Positions 1 to 12,000 of a DNA stretch of 59,108 bases are shown here, one piece after another (position 1 is the first letter of the stretch; each line of letters begins with the position of its first letter). The notes below the pieces were generated by a model, which saw only the letters and a list, made by a program, of their open reading frames with translations, was not told where the DNA came from and did no database searches. The DNA is from Macrostomum lignano (Eukaryota): NCBI GenBank assembly GCA_002269645.1, contig NIVC01002625.1, positions 1 through 59,108 of the forward strand, given 5' to 3'. The translations under genes were made by a program, and so were the position numbers.

Positions 1-3000
1 TCTGTCGACCTTGAATTGATCGTCTTTGAATCGGCGCTCCGCTCTTGCATGTCGCGGCGAGCGCGCTCATCGCGACGTCGTCGTTCGCGGCGACGGTGGC
101 TCACGAGCTCTTCTTGACGCGCGGCTTCTCGCTCTCGCTCTCGCTCTGGCGCTTCAAACTCGGTATTCTTTGCGATTGGAGGCAGATCCTCTTCGATCTC
201 GTTGGCTCGCGATTTCTAATACTTTGTCGTCGAACAGGTCTATCTGGTGTCGCACGTCCTCGTCTACAGTAGTCTTCGTCGGCCTGATCGATCTGATCGA
301 CCTTGAATTGATCTGTTTGAATCGGCGCTTCGCCTTGCAATGTCGCGGCGAGCGCGCTCATCGCGACGTCGTCGTTCGGGCGACGGTGGCTCACGAGCTT
401 CTTTGACGCGCGAGCTTCTCGCTCTCCGCTCCCGTCTGGCGCCTTCAACTCGTTTCTTTGCGCATTGGAGGCAGATCCTCTTCGATCTCGCTGGCTCGCG
501 ATCTTCTAATACTTTGTCGTTCGAACAGGTCTATCTGGTGTCGCACGTCCTCGTCTACAGTATTCTTGTCGGCCTGAACAATCTCTGTCGACCTTGAATT
601 GATCGTTTCGAATCGGCGCTCCGCCCTTTGCAATGTCGCGGCGAGCGCGCTCATCGCGACGTCGTCGTTCGCGGCGACGGTGGCTCACGAGTTCTTTGAC
701 GCGCGGCTTTCGCTCTCGCTCCCGCTCTGGCGCCTTCAACTCGTCTTCTTTGCGCATTGGAGGCAGATCCTCTTCGATCTCGCTGGCTCGCGATTTCTAA
801 TACTTTGTCGTCGAACAGGTCTATCTGGTGTCGCACGTCTTCGTTACTTGCTTGTCGGCCTGAACAATCTCGTCGACCTTGAATTGATCGTCTTCGAATC
901 GGCGCTCCGCTCTTGCAATGTCGCGGCGAGCGCGCTCATCGCGACGTCGTCGTTCGCGGCGACGGTGGCTCACGAGCTCTTCTTGACGCGCGGCTTCTCG
1001 CTCTCGCTCCCGCTCTGGCGCCTTCAACTCGTCTTCTTTGCGCATTGGAGGCAGATCCTCTTCGATCTCGCTGGCCTCGCGATCTTCTAATACTTTGTCG
1101 TCGAACAGGTCTATCTGGTGTCGCACGTCTTCGTCTACTTCTTGTCGGCCTGAACAATCTCGTCGACCTTGAATTGATCGTCTTGAATCGGCGCTCCGCT
1201 CTTGCAATGTCGCGGCGAGCGCGCTCATCGCGACGTCGTCGTTCGCGGCGACGGTGGCTCACGAGCTCTTCTTGACGCGCGGCTTCTCGCTCTCGCTCCC
1301 GCTCTGGCGCCTTCAACTCGTCTTCTTTGCGCATTGGAGGCAGATCCTCTTCGATCTCGCTGGCCTCGCGATCTTCTAATACTTTGTCGTCGAACAGGTC
1401 TATCTGGTGTCGCACGTCCTCGTCTACCTACTTCTTCGTCGGCCTGAACAATCTGTCGACCTTGAATTGATCGTTTCGAATCGGCGCTCCCTTGCAATGT
1501 CGCGGCGAGCGCGCTCATCGCGACGTCGTCGTTCGCGGCGACGGTGGCTCACGAGCTCTTCTTGACGCGCGGCTTCTCGCTCTCGCTCCGCTCTGGCGCC
1601 TTCAACTCGTCTTCTTTGCGCATTGGAGGCAGATCCTCTTCGATCTCGCTGGCCTCGCGATCTTCTAATACTTTGTCGTCGAACAGGTCTATCTGGTGTC
1701 GCACGTCCTCGTCTACCAGTACTTCTTCGTCGGCCTGAACAATCTCGTCGACCTTGAATTGATCGTCTTCGAATCGGCGCTCCGCTCTTGCAATGTCGCG
1801 GCGAGCGCGCTCATCGCGACGTCGTCGTTCGCGGCGACGGTGGCTCACGAGCTCTTCTTGACGCGCGGCTTCTCGCTCTCGCTCCCGCTCTGGCGCCTTC
1901 AACTCGTCTTCTTTGCGCATTGGAGGCAGATCCTCTTCGATCTCGCTGGCCTCGCGATCTTCTAATACTTTGTCGTCGAACAGGTCTATCTGGTGTCGCA
2001 CGTCCTCGTCTACCAGTTTCTTCGTCGGCCTGAACAATCTCGTCGACCTTGAATTGATCGTCTTCGAATCGGCGCTCCGCCTTGCAATGTCGCGGCGAGC
2101 GCGCTCATCGCGACGTCGTCGTTCGCGGCGACGGTGGCTCACGAGCTCTTCTTGACGCGCGGCTTCTCGCTCTCGCTCCCGCTCTGGCGCCTTCAACTCG
2201 TCTTCTTTGCGCATTGGAGGCAGATCCTCTTCGATCTCGCTGGCCTCGCGATCTTCTAATACTTTGTCGTCGAACAGGTCTATCTGGTGTCGCACGTCCT
2301 CGTCTCAGTACTTCTTCGTCGGCCTGAACAATCTCGTCGACCTTGAATTGATCGTCTTCGAATCGGCGCTCCGCTCTTGCAATGTCGCGGCGAGCGCGCT
2401 CATCGCGACGTCGTCGTTCGCGGCGACGGTGGCTCACGAGCTCTTCTTGACGCGCGGCTTCTCGCTCTCGCTCCCGCTCTGGCGCCTTCAACTCGTCTTC
2501 TTTGCGCATTGGAGGCAGATCCTCTTCGATCTCGCTGGCCTCGCGATCTTCTAATACTTTGTCGTCGAACAGGTCTATCTGGTGTCGCACGTCTCGTCTA
2601 CTTCTTGTCGGCCTGAACAATCTCGTCGACCTTGAATTGATCGTCTTCGAATCGGCGCTCCGCTCTTGCAATGTCGCGGCGAGCGCGCTCATCGCGACGT
2701 CGTCGTTCGCGGCGACGGTGGCTCACGAGCTCTTCTTGACGCGCGGCTTCTCGCTCTCGCTCCCGCTCTGGCGCCTTCAACTCGTCTTCTTTGCGCATTG
2801 GAGGCAGATCCTCTTCGATCTCGCTGGCCTCGCGATCTTCTAATACTTTGTCGTCGAACAGGTCTATCTGGTGTCGCACGTCCTCGTCTACTTCTTCGTC
2901 GGCCTGAACAATCTCGTCGACCTTGAATTGATCGTCTTCGAATCGGCGCTCCGCTCTTGCAATGTCGCGGCGAGCGCGCTCATCGCGACGTCGTCGTTCG

Positions 3001-6000
3001 CGGCGACGGTGGCTCACGAGCTCTTCTTGACGCGCGGCTTCTCGCTCTCGCTCCCGCTCTGGCGCCTTCAACTCGTCTTCTTTGCGCATTGGAGGCAGAT
3101 CCTCTTCGATCTCGCTGGCCTCGCGATCTTCTAATACTTTGTCGTCGAACAGGTCTATCTGGTGTCGCACGTCCTCGTCTACTTCTTCGTCGGCCTGAAC
3201 AATCTCGTCGACCTTGAATTGATCGTCTTCGAATCGGCGCTCCGCTCTTGCAATGTCGCGGCGAGCGCGCTCATCGCGACGTCGTCGTTCGCGGCGACGG
3301 TGGCTCACGAGCTCTTCTTGACGCGCGGCTTCTCGCTCTCGCTCCCGCTCTGGCGCCTTCAACTCGTCTTCTTTGCGCATTGGAGGCAGATCCTCTTCGA
3401 TCTCGCTGGCCTCGCGATCTTCTAATACTTTGTCGTCGAACAGGTCTATCTGGTGTCGCACGTCCTCGTCAGTACTTCTTCGTCGGCCTGAACAATCTCG
3501 TCGACCTTGAATTGATCGTCTTCGAATCGGCGCTCCGCTCTTGCAATGTCGCGGCGAGCGCGCTCATCGCGACGTCGTCGTTCGCGGCGACGGTGGCTCA
3601 CGAGCTCTTCTTGACGCGCGGCTTCTCGCTCTCGCTCCCGCTCTGGCGCCTTCAACTCGTCTTCTTTGCGCATTGGAGGCAGATCCTCTTCGATCTCGCT
3701 GGCCTCGCGATCTTCTAATACTTTGTCGTCGAACAGGTCTATCTGGTGTCGCACGTCCTCGTCTCAGTACTTCTTCGTCGGCCTGAACAATCTCGTCGAC
3801 CTTGAATTGATCGTCTTCGAATCGGCGCTCCGCTCTTGCAATGTCGCGGCGAGCGCGCTCATCGCGACGTCGTCGTTCGCGGCGACGGTGGCTCACGAGC
3901 TCTTCTTGACGCGCGGCTTCTCGCTCTCGCTCCCGCTCTGGCGCCTTCAACTCGTCTTCTTTGCGCATTGGAGGCAGATCCTCTTCGATCTCGCTGGCCT
4001 CGCGATCTTCTAATACTTTGTCGTCGAACAGGTCTATCTGGTGTCGCACGTCCTCGTCTACCAGTACTTCTTCGTCGGCCTGAACAATCTCGTCGACCTT
4101 GAATTGATCGTCTTCGAATCGGCGCTCCGCTCTTGCAATGTCGCGGCGAGCGCGCTCATCGCGACGTCGTCGTTCGCGGCGACGGTGGCTCACGAGCTCT
4201 TCTTGACGCGCGGCTTCTCGCTCTCGCTCCCGCTCTGGCGCCTTCAACTCGTCTTCTTTGCGCATTGGAGGCAGATCCTCTTCGATCTCGCTGGCCTCGC
4301 GATCTTCTAATACTTTGTCGTCGAACAGGTCTATCTGGTGTCGCACGTCTCGTCTCTACTTCTTCGTCGGCCTGAACAATCTCGTCGACCTTGAATTGAT
4401 CGTCTTCGAATCGGCGCTCCGCTCTTGCAATGTCGCGGCGAGCGCGCTCATCGCGACGTCGTCGTTCGCGGCGACGGTGGCTCACGAGCTCTTCTTGACG
4501 CGCGGCTTCTCGCTCTCGCTCCCGCTCTGGCGCCTTCAACTCGTCTTCTTTGCGCATTGGAGGCAGATCCTCTTCGATCTCGCTGGCCTCGCGATCTTCT
4601 AATACTTTGTCGTCGAACAGGTCTATCTGGTGTCGCACGTCCTCGTCTACTTCTTCGTCGGCCTGAACAATCTCGTCGACCTTGAATTGATCGTCTTCGA
4701 ATCGGCGCTCCGCTCTTGCAATGTCGCGGCGAGCGCGCTCATCGCGACGTCGTCGTTCGCGGCGACGGTGGCTCACGAGCTCTTCTTGACGCGCGGCTTC
4801 TCGCTCTCGCTCCCGCTCTGGCGCCTTCAACTCGTCTTCTTTGCGCATTGGAGGCAGATCCTCTTCGATCTCGCTGGCCTCGCGATCTTCTAATACTTTG
4901 TCGTCGAACAGGTCTATCTGGTGTCGCACGTCCTCGTCTACCAGTACTTCTTCGTCGGCCTGAACAATCTCGTCGACCTTGAATTGATCGTCTTCGAATC
5001 GGCGCTCCGCTCTTGCAATGTCGCGGCGAGCGCGCTCATCGCGACGTCGTCGTTCGCGGCGACGGTGGCTCACGAGCTCTTCTTGACGCGCGGCTTCTCG
5101 CTCTCGCTCCCGCTCTGGCGCCTTCAACTCGTCTTCTTTGCGCATTGGAGGCAGATCCTCTTCGATCTCGCTGGCCTCGCGATCTTCTAATACTTTGTCG
5201 TCGAACAGGTCTATCTGGTGTCGCACGTCCTCGTCTACCAGTACTTCTTCGTCGGCCTGAACAATCTCGTCGACCTTGAATTGATCGTCTTCGAATCGGC
5301 GCTCCGCTCTTGCAATGTCGCGGCGAGCGCGCTCATCGCGACGTCGTCGTTCGCGGCGACGGTGGCTCACGAGCTCTTCTTGACGCGCGGCTTCTCGCTC
5401 TCGCTCCCGCTCTGGCGCCTTCAACTCGTCTTCTTTGCGCATTGGAGGCAGATCCTCTTCGATCTCGCTGGCCTCGCGATCTTCTAATACTTTGTCGTCG
5501 AACAGGTCTATCTGGTGTCGCACGTCCTCGTCTACCAGTACTTCTTCGTCGGCCTGAACAATCTCGTCGACCTTGAATTGATCGTCTTCGAATCGGCGCT
5601 CCGCTCTTGCAATGTCGCGGCGAGCGCGCTCATCGCGACGTCGTCGTTCGCGGCGACGGTGGCTCACGAGCTCTTCTTGACGCGCGGCTTCTCGCTCTCG
5701 CTCCCGCTCTGGCGCCTTCAACTCGTCTTCTTTGCGCATTGGAGGCAGATCCTCTTCGATCTCGCTGGCCTCGCGATCTTCTAATACTTTGTCGTCGAAC
5801 AGGTCTATCTGGTGTCGCACGTCCTCGTCTACCAGTACTTCTTCGTCGGCCTGAACAATCTCGTCGACCTTGAATTGATCGTCTTCGAATCGGCGCTCCG
5901 CTCTTGCAATGTCGCGGCGAGCGCGCTCATCGCGACGTCGTCGTTCGCGGCGACGGTGGCTCACGAGCTCTTCTTGACGCGCGGCTTCTCGCTCTCGCTC

Positions 6001-9000
6001 CCGCTCTGGCGCCTTCAACTCGTCTTCTTTGCGCATTGGAGGCAGATCCTCTTCGATCTCGCTGGCCTCGCGATCTTCTAATACTTTGTCGTCGAACAGG
6101 TCTATCTGGTGTCGCACGTCCTCGTCTACTTCTTCGTCGGCCTGAACAATCTCGTCGACCTTGAATTGATCGTCTTCGAATCGGCGCTCCGCTCTTGCAA
6201 TGTCGCGGCGAGCGCGCTCATCGCGACGTCGTCGTTCGCGGCGACGGTGGCTCACGAGCTCTTCTTGACGCGCGGCTTCTCGCTCTCGCTCCCGCTCTGG
6301 CGCCTTCAACTCGTCTTCTTTGCGCATTGGAGGCAGATCCTCTTCGATCTCGCTGGCCTCGCGATCTTCTAATACTTTGTCGTCGAACAGGTCTATCTGG
6401 TGTCGCACGTCCTCGTCTACCAGTACTTCTTCGTCGGCCTGAACAATCTCGTCGACCTTGAATTGATCGTCTTCGAATCGGCGCTCCGCTCTTGCAATGT
6501 CGCGGCGAGCGCGCTCATCGCGACGTCGTCGTTCGCGGCGACGGTGGCTCACGAGCTCTTCTTGACGCGCGGCTTCTCGCTCTCGCTCCCGCTCTGGCGC
6601 CTTCAACTCGTCTTCTTTGCGCATTGGAGGCAGATCCTCTTCGATCTCGCTGGCCTCGCGATCTTCTAATACTTTGTCGTCGAACAGGTCTATCTGGTGT
6701 CGCACGTCCTCGTCTCAGTACTTCTTCGTCGGCCTGAACAATCTCGTCGACCTTGAATTGATCGTCTTCGAATCGGCGCTCCGCTCTTGCAATGTCGCGG
6801 CGAGCGCGCTCATCGCGACGTCGTCGTTCGCGGCGACGGTGGCTCACGAGCTCTTCTTGACGCGCGGCTTCTCGCTCTCGCTCCCGCTCTGGCGCCTTCA
6901 ACTCGTCTTCTTTGCGCATTGGAGGCAGATCCTCTTCGATCTCGCTGGCCTCGCGATCTTCTAATACTTTGTCGTCGAACAGGTCTATCTGGTGTCGCAC
7001 GTCCTCGTCTACTTCTTGTCGGCCTGAACAATCTCGTCGACCTTGAATTGATCGTCTTCGAATCGGCGCTCCGCTCTTGCAATGTCGCGGCGAGCGCGCT
7101 CATCGCGACGTCGTCGTTCGCGGCGACGGTGGCTCACGAGCTCTTCTTGACGCGCGGCTTCTCGCTCTCGCTCCCGCTCTGGCGCCTTCAACTCGTCTTC
7201 TTTGCGCATTGGAGGCAGATCCTCTTCGATCTCGCTGGCCTCGCGATCTTCTAATACTTTGTCGTCGAACAGGTCTATCTGGTGTCGCACGTCCTCGTCT
7301 ACTTCTTGTCGGCCTGAACAATCTCGTCGACCTTGAATTGATCGTCTTCGAATCGGCGCTCCGCTCTTGCAATGTCGCGGCGAGCGCGCTCATCGCGACG
7401 TCGTCGTTCGCGGCGACGGTGGCTCACGAGCTCTTCTTGACGCGCGGCTTCTCGCTCTCGCTCCCGCTCTGGCGCCTTCAACTCGTCTTCTTTGCGCATT
7501 GGAGGCAGATCCTCTTCGATCTCGCTGGCCTCGCGATCTTCTAATACTTTGTCGTCGAACAGGTCTATCTGGTGTCGCACGTCTCGTCTCTACTTCTTCG
7601 TCGGCCTGAACAATCTCGTCGACCTTGAATTGATCGTCTTCGAATCGGCGCTCCGCTCTTGCAATGTCGCGGCGAGCGCGCTCATCGCGACGTCGTCGTT
7701 CGCGGCGACGGTGGCTCACGAGCTCTTCTTGACGCGCGGCTTCTCGCTCTCGCTCCCGCTCTGGCGCCTTCAACTCGTCTTCTTTGCGCATTGGAGGCAG
7801 ATCCTCTTCGATCTCGCTGGCCTCGCGATCTTCTAATACTTTGTCGTCGAACAGGTCTATCTGGTGTCGCACGTCCTCGTCTACCAGTACTTCTTCGTCG
7901 GCCTGAACAATCTCGTCGACCTTGAATTGATCGTCTTCGAATCGGCGCTCCGCTCTTGCAATGTCGCGGCGAGCGCGCTCATCGCGACGTCGTCGTTCGC
8001 GGCGACGGTGGCTCACGAGCTCTTCTTGACGCGCGGCTTCTCGCTCTCGCTCCCGCTCTGGCGCCTTCAACTCGTCTTCTTTGCGCATTGGAGGCAGATC
8101 CTCTTCGATCTCGCTGGCCTCGCGATCTTCTAATACTTTGTCGTCGAACAGGTCTATCTGGTGTCGCACGTCCTCGTCTACCAGTACTTCTTCGTCGGCC
8201 TGAACAATCTCGTCGACCTTGAATTGATCGTCTTCGAATCGGCGCTCCGCCTTGCAATGTCGCGGCGAGCGCGCTCATCGCGACGTCGTCGTTCGCGGCG
8301 ACGGTGGCTCACGAGCTCTTCTTGACGCGCGGCTTCTCGCTCTCGCTCCCGCTCTGGCGCCTTCAACTCGTCTTCTTTGCGCATTGGAGGCAGATCCTCT
8401 TCGATCTCGCTGGCCTCGCGATCTTCTAATACTTTGTCGTCGAACAGGTCTATCTGGTGTCGCACGTCCTCGTCTACCAGTACTTCTTCGTCGGCCTGAA
8501 CAATCTCGTCGACCTTGAATTGATCGTCTTCGAATCGGCGCTCCGCTCTTGCAATGTCGCGGCGAGCGCGCTCATCGCGACGTCGTCGTTCGCGGCGACG
8601 GTGGCTCACGAGCTCTTCTTGACGCGCGGCTTCTCGCTCTCGCTCCCGCTCTGGCGCCTTCAACTCGTCTTCTTTGCGCATTGGAGGCAGATCCTCTTCG
8701 ATCTCGCTGGCCTCGCGATCTTCTAATACTTTGTCGTCGAACAGGTCTATCTGGTGTCGCACGTCCTCGTCTACCAGTACTTCTTCGTCGGCCTGAACAA
8801 TCTCGTCGACCTTGAATTGATCGTCTTCGAATCGGCGCTCCGCTCTTGCAATGTCGCGGCGAGCGCGCTCATCGCGACGTCGTCGTTCGCGGCGACGGTG
8901 GCTCACGAGCTCTTCTTGACGCGCGGCTTCTCGCTCTCGCTCCCGCTCTGGCGCCTTCAACTCGTCTTCTTTGCGCATTGGAGGCAGATCCTCTTCGATC

Positions 9001-12000
9001 TCGCTGGCCTCGCGATCTTCTAATACTTTGTCGTCGAACAGGTCTATCTGGTGTCGCACGTCCTCGTCTACCAGTACTTCTTCGTCGGCCTGAACAATCT
9101 CGTCGACCTTGAATTGATCGTCTTCGAATCGGCGCTCCGCTCTTGCAATGTCGCGGCGAGCGCGCTCATCGCGACGTCGTCGTTCGCGGCGACGGTGGCT
9201 CACGAGCTCTTCTTGACGCGCGGCTTCTCGCTCTCGCTCCCGCTCTGGCGCCTTCAACTCGTCTTCTTTGCGCATTGGAGGCAGATCCTCTTCGATCTCG
9301 CTGGCCTCGCGATCTTCTAATACTTTGTCGTCGAACAGGTCTATCTGGTGTCGCACGTCCTCGTCTACCAGTACTTCTTCGTCGGCCTGAACAATCTCGT
9401 CGACCTTGAATTGATCGTCTTCGAATCGGCGCTCCGCTCTTGCAATGTCGCGGCGAGCGCGCTCATCGCGACGTCGTCGTTCGCGGCGACGGTGGCTCAC
9501 GAGCTCTTCTTGACGCGCGGCTTCTCGCTCTCGCTCCCGCTCTGGCGCCTTCAACTCGTCTTCTTTGCGCATTGGAGGCAGATCCTCTTCGATCTCGCTG
9601 GCCTCGCGATCTTCTAATACTTTGTCGTCGAACAGGTCTATCTGGTGTCGCACGTCCTCGTCTACCAGTACTTCTTCGTCGGCCTGAACAATCTCGTCGA
9701 CCTTGAATTGATCGTCTTCGAATCGGCGCTCCGCTCTTGCAATGTCGCGGCGAGCGCGCTCATCGCGACGTCGTCGTTCGCGGCGACGGTGGCTCACGAG
9801 CTCTTCTTGACGCGCGGCTTCTCGCTCTCGCTCCCGCTCTGGCGCCTTCAACTCGTCTTCTTTGCGCATTGGAGGCAGATCCTCTTCGATCTCGCTGGCC
9901 TCGCGATCTTCTAATACTTTGTCGTCGAACAGGTCTATCTGGTGTCGCACGTCCTCGTCTACTTCTTCGTCGGCCTGAACAATCTCGTCGACCTTGAATT
10001 GATCGTCTTCGAATCGGCGCTCCGCTCTTGCAATGTCGCGGCGAGCGCGCTCATCGCGACGTCGTCGTTCGCGGCGACGGTGGCTCACGAGCTCTTCTTG
10101 ACGCGCGGCTTCTCGCTCTCGCTCCCGCTCTGGCGCCTTCAACTCGTCTTCTTTGCGCATTGGAGGCAGATCCTCTTCGATCTCGCTGGCCTCGCGATCT
10201 TCTAATACTTTGTCGTCGAACAGGTCTATCTGGTGTCGCACGTCCTCGTCTACTTCTTGTCGGCCTGAACAATCTCGTCGACCTTGAATTGATCGTCTTC
10301 GAATCGGCGCTCCGCTCTTGCAATGTCGCGGCGAGCGCGCTCATCGCGACGTCGTCGTTCGCGGCGACGGTGGCTCACGAGCTCTTCTTGACGCGCGGCT
10401 TCTCGCTCTCGCTCCCGCTCTGGCGCCTTCAACTCGTCTTCTTTGCGCATTGGAGGCAGATCCTCTTCGATCTCGCTGGCCTCGCGATCTTCTAATACTT
10501 TGTCGTCGAACAGGTCTATCTGGTGTCGCACGTCCTCGTCTACTTCTTGTCGGCCTGAACAATCTCGTCGACCTTGAATTGATCGTCTTCGAATCGGCGC
10601 TCCGCTCTTGCAATGTCGCGGCGAGCGCGCTCATCGCGACGTCGTCGTTCGCGGCGACGGTGGCTCACGAGCTCTTCTTGACGCGCGGCTTCTCGCTCTC
10701 GCTCCCGCTCTGGCGCCTTCAACTCGTCTTCTTTGCGCATTGGAGGCAGATCCTCTTCGATCTCGCTGGCCTCGCGATCTTCTAATACTTTGTCGTCGAA
10801 CAGGTCTATCTGGTGTCGCACGTCCTCGTCTACCAGTACTTCTTCGTCGGCCTGAACAATCTCGTCGACCTTGAATTGATCGTCTTCGAATCGGCGCTCC
10901 GCTCTTGCAATGTCGCGGCGAGCGCGCTCATCGCGACGTCGTCGTTCGCGGCGACGGTGGCTCACGAGCTCTTCTTGACGCGCGGCTTCTCGCTCTCGCT
11001 CCCGCTCTGGCGCCTTCAACTCGTCTTCTTTGCGCATTGGAGGCAGATCCTCTTCGATCTCGCTGGCCTCGCGATCTTCTAATACTTTGTCGTCGAACAG
11101 GTCTATCTGGTGTCGCACGTCCTCGTCTACCAGTATCGTCTTCGAATCGACCTTGAATTGAGCGCGCTCAACGTCTTGCAATGTCGCGGCGAGCGCGCTC
11201 ATCGCGACGACGGTTCACGACGCGCGGCTTCTCGCTCTCGCTCCCGCTCTGGCGCCTTCAACTCGTCTTCTTTGCGCATTGGAGGCAGATCCTCTTCGAT
11301 CTCGCTGGCCTCGCGATCTTCTAATACTTTGTCGTCGAACAGGTCTATCTGGTGTCGCACGTCCTCGTCTACCAGTACTTCTTCGTCGGCCTGAACAATC
11401 TCGTCGACCTTGAATTGATCGTCTTCGAATCGGCGCTCCGCTCTTGCAATGTCGCGGCGAGCGCGCTCATCGCGACGTCGTCGTTCGCGGCGACGGTGGC
11501 TCACGAGCTCTTCTTGACGCGCGGCTTCTCGCTCTCGCTCCCGCTCTGGCGCCTTCAACTCGTCTTCTTTGCGCATTGGAGGCAGATCCTCTTCGATCTC
11601 GCTGGCCTCGCGATCTTCTAATACTTTGTCGTCGAACAGGTCTATCTGGTGTCGCACGTCCTCGTCTACCAGTACTTCTTCGTCGGCCTGAACAATCTCG
11701 TCGACCTTGAATTGATCGTCTTCGAATCGGCGCTCCGCTCTTGCAATGTCGCGGCGAGCGCGCTCATCGCGACGTCGTCGTTCGCGGCGACGGTGGCTCA
11801 CGAGCTCTTCTTGACGCGCGGCTTCTCGCTCTCGCTCCCGCTCTGGCGCCTTCAACTCGTCTTCTTTGCGCATTGGAGGCAGATCCTCTTCGATCTCGCT
11901 GGCCTCGCGATCTTCTAATACTTTGTCGTCGAACAGGTCTATCTGGTGTCGCACGTCCTCGTCTACCAGTACTTCTTCGTCGGCCTGAACAATCTCGTCG

